Below are positions 52,760 through 64,000 of a stretch of 64,000 nt of DNA, piece after piece. The stretch lies in assembly GCF_006345805.1 (NCBI RefSeq), contig NC_043013.1, positions 1,612,001-1,676,000 of the forward strand, read 5' to 3'. The position numbers were made by a program, and so were the translations under genes. Below the pieces are notes generated by a model. It was not told where the DNA came from, searched no databases, and was given only the letters and a program-made list of their open reading frames with translations. Position 1 is the first letter of the stretch. The number at the start of each line of letters is the position of its first letter. The stretch comes from Octopus sinensis. Its lineage: Eukaryota.

Positions 52760-52789
52760 TATATATATATATATAAGCGTATGTTTATA

Positions 52790-52863
<74 letters not shown>

Positions 52864-52890
52864 AGTGTGCGTATGGTTGTGTGTATATGC

Positions 52891-52962
<72 letters not shown>

Positions 52963-54039
52963 CACACACACACATATATATATGTGTGTGTGAGTGTGTA
53001 TATTAAATGCACTCTTCTCAAGTGGAACGTAACACCCGCATATACACAATCATATGTGAGGGTGGCTGTATATGTGTGTGTGTTTATGTATCTGTATATC
53101 TCTCTACATCTGCATGTGCGTATATATGTATCTAAGTACATATGTATGTGTACATATATACATATATACATTCAAACATACATGCATATACTTACATGTA
53201 TACATTCATACATGCTTATATATAAAGGCATATGTACAAGCACATGACACGCACACACACAAATGTGCACGTACATATATACATAAGTATGTATGTATAT
53301 ATACATATGTGTGTGTGTGTGTGTGTGTGTGTTGTGTGTGTGTGTGTGGTGTGTGTGTTGTGTGTACATTTGTCCTGTCAAATAATTCCTGAACAGGACA
53401 GAAGAGTTGTAACTTTAAGAAAATAAAAATGGATAAATAAATATTAAAATAAATATAAAAATAAATACATAAATGCATAAAGAATGATGTGTAGTGGGGG
53501 GGGAGAAAGAAAGAGAAAGATCGAGATTTAGAGTAAGGGAGGGAGGGAAAGAGGAAACAAAAGAAGGTGATAGATTTCGGGGGTGAAATATAGAGGAGAA
53601 CGTTAAAGAGAAAGAGAAAGAGAGCAAATGATAGAGAAAGAGAGAGAGAGAGGGGGTAGTGAATGAGAGAGAGTGAAAGAAAGAGAAAGTAAAGTGGAGT
53701 GTATGGAGGGGAGGAACAAAACAAAACAATCCCATTGAAGAAAGGGTGAAAGAGATTAATGTGGGATTGATCTGGTTGAAGCTATTGAAGTTGTGGTGAC
53801 ATGGCAGAGGCCCCAGCGTCTCGCTGAATGCAGTCCCTCACTCTACTCCAAACAACCACCGAGACTCCAACGTGGGGCTCCAACGGAGCACGTGCTCGGT
53901 CGCTTCTGTCACTTAAACCTAACATCTGTACAAGACTTAATTTCAAGATTAAAGAAGGAAAACGAAAAACACACAAAAAAGAAGAAAAAAAATCAACTCC
54001 CCCCAAAATGGACAAACGTGTGTTTTTGTGTGTGTATGT

Positions 54040-54109
<70 letters not shown>

Positions 54110-54167
54110 CGGTAGTAGGAGATAATGTTTGGCTGGTCTCCGTTTGGCAGTGTCATGATGGTTGTTA

Positions 54168-54202
<35 letters not shown>

Positions 54203-55235
54203 GGTGACATGCTACGGCGGCTGTCGGTTATGGTGATGGGATACGGTGATGTTGTTGGTCTTGGGGATGATGGTGGCGATGGCGATGATGATGATGCTGG
54301 TGGTGGTGGTGGTGGGTGTGGTGATGATGAGGATAATGATGGCAGTGGTGGTTGTGATGATGTCATTGTTTTCGTGTATGTTTGAGATGTTAGATGTGTG
54401 TGTGTGTGTGTATTAATGGGTGCGTGTGTTCTGTGCGTGCATCTGTGTTGCCGTCTATCGCACGCTTGTTTGTGTGCTCATGTTGTGTGCATGTGTGTGC
54501 GTGCGTTTATAATCATGTGTGTATGTATGTGTGTACGTGTGTACGTATGTGTGTGCATGTATGTGTGTATGTATGCGTGTGCGTGTGTGTATGTGTGTGT
54601 GTGTGTAACAGCTTCTTCGTGATTAACACACTGCCATTAAAATGCCGTTAGTGAAAAGGGCGTATACATACATACATACACACATACATACATACATACA
54701 TATATACATACATACACTCAGACATGCATACATACATACATACATACATGCATGTATACATACATACATACACACATACATACATACATACATACATACA
54801 TACATACATACATACATACATACATACTTACACATACAGAATACATATACACACACACACACACACACATTCACACATACACATACGCGTACACACGTGT
54901 GCACATAGATACACGCGCAAATGCGATTTCATAGCGGCAATGAAATGCAGCATGGACGTTCGCACCCACATTGTACATTGCGTATAAGTTTCCTCAAATA
55001 TACACACAAATATATACATACATTTATGCATACACATGCGTAAATACATACACACGCGCGCGCGCATACATACATACATACGTCGATATATGTCCATAAT
55101 TGCATCTATGTATGCATGGCTGAATACATTGGTTAACAATTTATAAGGCATATCGAGACGGGTCGGGGAACATCCCGTAAACACACAGACACACACACAT
55201 GTAAACACACACACACACAAACACACACATACATA

Positions 55236-55274
<39 letters not shown>

Positions 55275-55354
55275 CACAGATGTTTTACACATACATACAT
55301 ACGTACGTATATACATACATACATACATACATACATACATACATACCTACATAC

Positions 55355-55427
<73 letters not shown>

Positions 55428-55657
55428 TTATATATATATATTCAGATATATATATGCATGTATATATATATATATATACATATATATACATATATATTCA
55501 GATATAGAGATATGCACACATAAACACACATATATACATAATGACAGACAGTTCTATACACATACATACATATACATACACACACAAACACACTCAAATA
55601 TATGCATAAATGCATAAATCTATATACTTAGATAGTTACAGCTACATGCGCACACAC

Positions 55658-55700
<43 letters not shown>
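52760..55700. repeat. Mixed microsatellite block (TA, TG, CATA, GA, GGT)
   Basis: Direct reading. Confidence 0.85.
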
Positions 55701-55704
<4 letters not shown>

Positions 55705-56008
55705 CACGTATTAAAAGGAAGAAAGAAAAATGACAGACAGAAGGCAAGAAAGAAAGAGAGAATGAGAGAAGAAAAAAGGAAAAATAAATAAGAGAATGAA
55801 AGAAGCGTTTTGTGAATAGAGTGGATGATAATGTAATGAGAATAGGGCAGAGACAAGGTTTCGAGCGTTCAATGGCAACATCTCCGCAGTTCAGCAAAGC
55901 AAACGTCTTCTTCGCTGTCGTCGGATTACTTAAATGTTTTGTTTGTCGCATCGCAAGCAGCTGAACATCCTTAATGTCAGAGTGAGGCGAAACAGAATAA
56001 ATAGATAA

Positions 56009-56810
<802 letters not shown>

Positions 56811-59343
56811 TTCTGGATTGACAGAATATCTACAGAACTGGACCCCTTAGAAGAGCAAAAGTGGGAGGGTGTCAAGGTAGAAGATATAAGATCTGCTCTC
56901 AGGAGGTCAAGCAAATGGAAGTCTCCAGGAAAGGATAAAATTCCTAACTTCTGGCTGAATGCCTTCCCAGAGAGCCATGAACTGCTAACAGAACTGTACA
57001 ATGATGTTTTGCAACACCCTAGTAGGATGCCTCCTTGGCTAGTTAATGGGTTAACATTCCTGCTTCCAAAAAGTGAAGAAACAAATGAACCAAAAACTTA
57101 TAGACCCATAACCTGCTTAACAACTATGTACAAAACACTAACATCTGTCCTGACGGAATATACCTATAGTTTTTTAACAGACAGCAGCATATTCCCTAAT
57201 GAACAGAAAGGATGTAAACGTGGATCCTACGGCTGTAAAGACCAACTACTCATCAATAAGATGATCTTAGAAGATTGTCACAAACGACACAAAAACTTAT
57301 CAATAGCCTGGATAGACTATAAAAAGGCTTTTGATAGCCTACCACATAGCTGGATTAGGAAATGCCTTGAAATGTATAAGATAGCACCAACTCTGCGAAA
57401 CTTCTTGACTGTAAGTATGAGATCATGGAGAACCACACTAACTCTGAACAGTGACAGTGAATCCCTAAATGCTGGTGATGTAAAAATTTCGTGTGGCATT
57501 TTCCAGGGTGACTCACTGTCACCACTCCTCTTTTGTTTATCCTTAATACCTCTCTCAAAGCTGCTCAATGACGCGCAGTACGGGTATAAAATGTTTGATA
57601 AAAATATAAATCATCTCGTTTACATGGATGATTTAAAGCTTTTTGCAAAAAATGATCAACAACTCAAGGGCTTACTAGCGATAGTCAAACAATTCAGTGA
57701 CGACATCAGAATGCAATTCGGCCTCGATAAATGTGCAAAGGCTACCTTTATCAAAGGAAAAATGACAGAAACATCTAACGTTAACCTTGACCAACAGAAT
57801 GTCATAAAAGAACTAGACCCAGCGGAGAGCTACAAGTACCTAGGGGTAATTGAAGGGAACGGAATAAGGCATTCAGAGATGAAGGAAAGGATCAGGAGAG
57901 AATGCTATCGAAGAGTGAGAGCAATACTCAAGACAGAGCTGAATGCAAGAAACAGGATCGAAGCAATCAATGCATTAGCTATACCAGTCGTGACTTACAG
58001 TTTCAATATTGTTAACTGGTCAATTACTGAAATATGTCAGCTCGACAGAAAATAAGGAAACTGTTGACAATGCATAGAATGCACCACGCTAAGGCAGATA
58101 CAGAACGACTCTATCTGCCAAGAAAAAGGGAGGCCGTGGTCTTTTGCAACTGGCAATAACAATGAAGATTGCTACAATTGGCCTAGACACCTACCTGAAA
58201 AACTCTGAGGACTGGATGTTAAAACTTGTCTCAAAACATGAAAACAAGAAAGCATCATACTCAGTCACAAAACAGGCAAAGGAATATCTAAGTGAATTCC
58301 GAATACAACCAATTTCGGAATTAGAGATAGACATACAAGAAACAAGCACAGAAAAAGCTAGGCGCATGAAAACCCGTGCCAAACTGCGGCCTTAGATATT
58401 CTGAATAATAAATGGCAAGAAAAACCTCTCTATGGCAAATACCCAAAGAGAGCGAATAATGCAGATATCGACAAAGCCCTGACCCATCAATGGCTAATGG
58501 CCTCTGGCTTAAAATCTGAAACAGAGGTTTATCATAGCAGCTCAAGATCAATGCCTACCAACAAGAACTACCAGGCCAACATATTAAAGATCAGAAGCAG
58601 TCCAACGTGTCGTGTATGCAAGCAACAAAATGAAACCATTGACCATGTGGTCTCCAAGTGCAGTCTTCTAGCGCCTACAGAGTATCTCAACAGGCACGAT
58701 AGAGCTGCACAATATATTCACTGGGTAATCTGTAAAAACCTGGATTTGCCCCATGAAAAAAACTGGTGGGAACACAAACCACTCCCAGTGCTTGAAAATG
58801 ACCACATCTCACTCCTCTGGAACTTCACCATTCAAACTGACAGGAAGATAGATGCAAATAGGCCAGACATCATATTGAAAGACTTCAAACAAAGAACATG
58901 CCTCCTCATTGATATGACTGTCCCAATCGATATAAACGTATCTGTCAGGACCTACCAAAAACTGAGCAAATATAAAGATCTTGAAATAGAAATCAGCAAA
59001 ATGTGGAGCAAAAGGGGCTGATAGCTACCTAACTCAGATACAAGGAAACCCAAAAATGGCAGAAGTTCAAAAGATAGTGCTCATGGGAACTGCTCATATC
59101 CTACGCAAAATACTCTCTATGTAACCTCAAGGTTTAAAACAACCATAATTTTCGGTTTAAAAAAAAAAAAAAAAAAAACTTTTTTTTTTTTTAGACATTC
59201 ATTAGTACAACATCCCCACCCCCCCAATATATGGCACACTAGGCATAACAACAACATGAACTTCCAACCCTGTTGTCTCTTGAGGTCTCTGGGTGAGACT
59301 TGGAGCCAACTTGTACAAATATAAAGCAAAAGTCAAACATAGA
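56811..59343 (+). mobile_element. 5'-truncated R4/Dong-clade LINE (RT + CCHC + REL endonuclease) in (AAT)n
   Basis: YRPITCL, DYKKAFDS, QGDSLSPLLF, YMDD, CRVC..ETIDHVVSKC, RHD, RPDIIL..IDMTVP; frameshifted; (AAT)n on both sides. Confidence 0.92.
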
Positions 59344-59354
59344 ATAATAATAAT

Positions 59355-59391
<37 letters not shown>

Positions 59392-59491
59392 CAATAATAA
59401 TAATAATAATATAATAATAATAAATAATAAATAATAATAACAATAATAATAATATAATATTAATAATAATAATAATAAAATAATAATAATA

Positions 59492-59533
<42 letters not shown>

Positions 59534-59540
59534 TGATAGT
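59344..59540. repeat. (AAT)n microsatellite
   Basis: Direct reading. Confidence 0.95.
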
Positions 59541-59567
59541 AATATGTATGTTTGTATGTATATTATC

Positions 59568-59909
59568 TTTTTATCTTTGACTTGTTTCAGTCATTAGACT
59601 GCGGCCAGACTGGGGGTAACTGCTTTGAAGAGCTTTTAGTCGATTTTTTCTTTCTTTTTTCTGTAAGGCCTGGTATATTTTTTTGCCGAACTGCTAAGTT
59701 ACAAGGACACAAACAAACTAACATCGGTTATCAAGCGGTGATGAGGCAAAAACACGCACACATACACATACGCTCGCGCGCGTACATACGTCACGCTTCT
59801 TCTCAGTTTCCGCCCACCCAATCCACTCACAAGGTGGCATGCAGTGGAACTGAACCCGGAACCATGTGGTTGGAAAGCAAGCGCTTTATCACACTGTCAC
59901 ATCTATGCC

Positions 59910-59910
<1 letters not shown>
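59568..59910 (-). mobile_element. CORE-like tRNA-SINE, diverged
   Basis: cttgtttcagtcattagactgcggcc...gggactgaacccggaaccatgtggttgg-like segments. Confidence 0.7.
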
Positions 59911-59939
<29 letters not shown>

Positions 59940-59943
<4 letters not shown>

Positions 59944-60105
59944 AATGATAATGTTAATAACAATAATAATAACAACAAACAACAACAACAACAATAATAA
60001 TAATAATAATAATTAATAATAATATAATAATATTGATAATAATAATGATAATAATAATAATAATAATAATAATGATTAATGATAATGATAATAATAATAA
60101 TAATA

Positions 60106-60186
<81 letters not shown>

Positions 60187-60190
60187 CAAT
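59940..60190. repeat. (AAT)n microsatellite
   Basis: Direct reading. Confidence 0.95.
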
Positions 60191-60932
60191 AAAAGTAACA
60201 TGTAAACAACAATATAGTATTATTAACAGAAAAAAGAACTGAAAAAACTTTAAATTGATAAATTTCGGATGTATATGTATCATATGTCTGTGTATGTTTG
60301 TGTGTATGGCTGTGTGAGTGTGTACGTGTGTGAATGTGTACGTACGTGATTGTATCTGGAGTATCTATTTTCACTGCCCCCCCCCCATCTCTCTCCTCAC
60401 TCCACACCAATCTGGGTCCAATTTGCCCTCCTCTCCTTTCCACATGAATACAATAATCTATGAGCATACGCACACGCATATACGCACATATTTATATATA
60501 CACATATACATACATACATATACAGACACATGCATATAGATATATATATACATACATATACAATATATATATATATATAATATATATATATATATAATAT
60601 ATATATATATGAAGATAAATAGATAGAGAGAGATAGAGAGAAAGAGAGAGAGAGAGAGGGAGAGAGAGATAGGGGGGAAAGACTGAGCGATAGAGATAAG
60701 GCGCATGACACGTGTGCGTGAATTAATGTTCAAGTGTGTGTGTATGTGAGTATATATTTGCTTGTATACAATATACACGTGGTTGCACATCCACACACGC
60801 TCACACATTCAGAGAGACACACGCATACACACACACACACACAACATGAAGTATGTACAGAGTTGTGTACACATTTGTGTGTTTGTATATATATATATAT
60901 ATGCATGTATTTGTGTGTGTGTGTGTGTGTGT

Positions 60933-60971
<39 letters not shown>

Positions 60972-61304
60972 TGTGTGTGTGTGTGTTGCGTACGTACAAG
61001 TGAGGTGTAATGTATATACGAAATACACGTGGGTTTCTGGAGAGAAGAAATACTTCACTGGTATACTTGAAGGGGAAGGTGCAGCCAATGGAAAAGGATG
61101 AGGAAGAAGTGAGCCTGGCCGGGCCAACACACGTGCTTTACGAGCAGGCGAGGAGTAAGTTTATGGACGGAAACTGTACGAGGCCGTCTAAAACCCTGTC
61201 AACGGCACACGTGCCCCCTCTCCGTCCGTGGCACATAATGGTTCTTCAAGGAAAACCAGCTCTACTAGTCGTTATACTTGCAGAGTTTTTAATTTCATAC
61301 ATAC

Positions 61305-61342
<38 letters not shown>

Positions 61343-61813
61343 TCTCATACATATACATACATATAAACACACACACGTACATACACACGCATACATATAC
61401 GCGCACACACATACATATATATACAAATATATGTACATGCAGGTGTGTATGTATATATATGCACTCTATGCTTAATTATCGAAAGCATTACCTTTTTTTA
61501 TATATAGCGATGTAGGGAAGCCTTACTAGTGCATATTTTATTAAACACACTTTTTTTTAGTTGTGCACCAAAAGGAAAAGTGGAAACTCTGCTTAAAGCA
61601 CACTTTTTTTTCTTTTTCTTTGCGGTTTTTTTTTTTCGTTCTGTGAACAGAAAAAAAGAAGATTGGTCAGATTGGTTTCAGTGACTTTTATCGTTTCATC
61701 ATCAGAGATCGGTTACTCTTCTTTAATTTTTTTTTCTTTGCGATCACAGAAATAACAATACCGTATAGCTATTTACAGTGTGTCCCAACTCAGAAAAGTG
61801 ATCAATTGGTTTA

Positions 61814-61875
<62 letters not shown>

Positions 61876-61997
61876 CTCTCTCTATGTATATATATTATAT
61901 ATATATATATATATTATATATATATATATATAATATATATCTATATATACATATACATACATACATATGCGTGTGACGTGTGGTGCGTATGTATGTA

Positions 61998-62046
<49 letters not shown>

Positions 62047-62439
62047 TATATATATATGCATGTGTATACGTATAAATATGTATATGATAAATACGGCATA
62101 CATTTAAGCTTGTTTGCGTTTGCTTATAAATGTGTGTGTATGTGTGTGTGAGATATTCATGCATTCACGTTTTGACATACACATGCATACACAACTGATC
62201 CTTGAACATTGCTTGTCTGTCAAATTACGGTATTGCCTTCATTAATAATATTTTCAGGCCCAACGACACTGGAAGCCCCATGGTTCCAAGGTCACACTCA
62301 GCAGGTTCGATCCTGAGTTACATATCTGTCACATATTTTATCGACGCTGGAACGGTTCGAACACAGAACGGAGATGGACGAACACCCAACCCTCTCTCAT
62401 CCTACCACTCCTTGTTATTGTTGTTGCTGTTTAGCCAGC

Positions 62440-62860
62440 GGTCAACCTTGATCCGACCTGTGGTCAAAGGCTTTCCCCAAAATTGTTGTGTAACTAGAAT
62501 TAAACTATCTAACGTGTCCTTGATTTGAGGCACATTTAGCTGCTATTCCTTGCACGATGTGGGACCACTTAGAGATTTTGTTGTTGGTCCGTATGTGTTT
62601 TTGTTTATACGTGTTTTGTGTATTTTGGGAATAAAAAATTTCGATGCTGTCGTAGCTGTTGTTGATGTTGTTGTTGTAGTTCTTCCAGCACATCTCTGAT
62701 TAAACCCATTCCTACCATGACCATCCCGTCTTTTTCTATATCCAGGCTTGCATTGTCCAATGTGTCCTTACTGTCTGAAGATTCTAAAAAGTGAGTTGAA
62801 GGTAATGTGGGTGCTATTTCTAGCTAATCGATTGACCAGCTGGAGTGTCTCTAAGTTGTA
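62440..62860 (-). mobile_element. Diverged SINE-like repeat ('family C')
   Basis: ccatgaccatcccgtcttttt...tgtgtcctt...gctatttctagc. Confidence 0.4.
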
Positions 62861-63682
62861 CGGTTGTTATGTACGAGTTTATTTTCTTTTTCTTTTCCAA
62901 TCAGCTGTGTCATAGTTTGATTGGTAATTTTTTCATCAAAGGTACATTAACATTATTTAATATGCAACAAATAAGAATAGTTTTTTTAAAAAAAACATTC
63001 ACTCGATTAAATACGAATGCAAAAATGAAAAACAAAATGTAAAATAGTCACAAAACACACAAATAAACACGCAACCAATCCAAACATATTCTCTCATTTT
63101 GCGGTGGAAATATAACTTGTCACATTCATGTATGTCTTGAAGATAACAGCAAAATTGGGTGTATAATATCCATAGCTGGAATTGAACCTGGATCGTATAT
63201 ATCAGCATGTATCGAACTCAGAGACTACGATACAAGCTAAATCGGAGAAAGAAGGTTTGATTAGTTATGGCGAATTATTGACATAGCGTTAATATTTAGT
63301 TTTTCAGTTGTCGATCTAAAAGCACATGTACAAAAAAATTATTTCTTGATTCATACGGAACACAAAATCATTAGAGTAGCGTGCCAGATGTACCGGCTGA
63401 TGATACACACAACACAGTATTCAACAAATATATACTGACATAGTAAATTCAACATTTAAGAATATATATATTTATATATATATATATATATAAGATCTGA
63501 AGAAAAGATTAATACGAAAATGTAAAACATAAAATTAAATGTGTAAAATAAAAGAATAAATAAAATTGTTATTAAATTGATGTAATTATTAAAAACAAAA
63601 AAAAATACAGAAGAAAAACAAAAAATCAATAACAAAAACAAGAAAGAAGAAACTTTACAACATGGTTATCAGTGTGAGCATG

Positions 63683-63725
<43 letters not shown>

Positions 63726-64000
63726 CATACATATGTATGTGTGTATGTATATTTATATATACGTACATACATGCGTACATGTGTGTGTGTACACATTCCC
63801 ACACACATGTGTATATATGTTTGTGTATATTATTATCCGTGTGTAAATTAGTAAGCCTCTCTTGAGGATGGTGCTCATCAGATGACCTCTCATGACCTTT
63901 AAACCAAAATAGAAGTTTAGAATATGAACGAGTATTGAACCCAGCCGACGTGCAGTTGAGGGAGGCGTCCGACTGTAATTGGTAACCAGTATTAAGTAAG

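Noticed and set aside
53782-54385. Pro/Ser/Thr-rich 194-aa ORF and a strong minus-strand acceptor near 53930
   Set aside because: Mostly trinucleotide low-complexity sequence; the downstream peptide has no recognisable homology
61010-61366. 118-aa ORF with a GA|gtaagt donor-like site
   Set aside because: No clear acceptor or known domain; cannot be supported without RNA data

Overview
Repeat-dense, gene-poor eukaryotic DNA, most likely an octopus genome (inferred from the SINE families and the extreme (AT)n/(TATG)n/(AAT)n load). No complete host gene is recognisable, only a possible two-exon fragment near 13.6-14.2 kb. The window holds tRNA-derived SINEs of several families, non-LTR retrotransposons (Tx1/L1-like, R4/Dong-like, RTE-like), Penelope-like remnants, DNA transposon remnants (DD37D, mariner, Chapaev3-like) and several fold-back palindromes. 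Main result: a near full-length Tx1-like LINE (22797-28103, minus) sits inside the tRNA-like head of a SINE, with a 16-bp TSD. It shares its last 34 nt with that SINE family's tail, and the same SINE is nested into the same nucleotide of other SINE heads at several loci. This points to a SINE-head-targeting LINE/SINE system. An ORF1-only relative of the LINE is also present. Second result: a head-to-head palindrome joining a tRNA-like head to a Penelope-type terminal repeat with a minimal hammerhead ribozyme. All family names come from recognition of motifs, not database searches, and boundaries of decayed elements are approximate.
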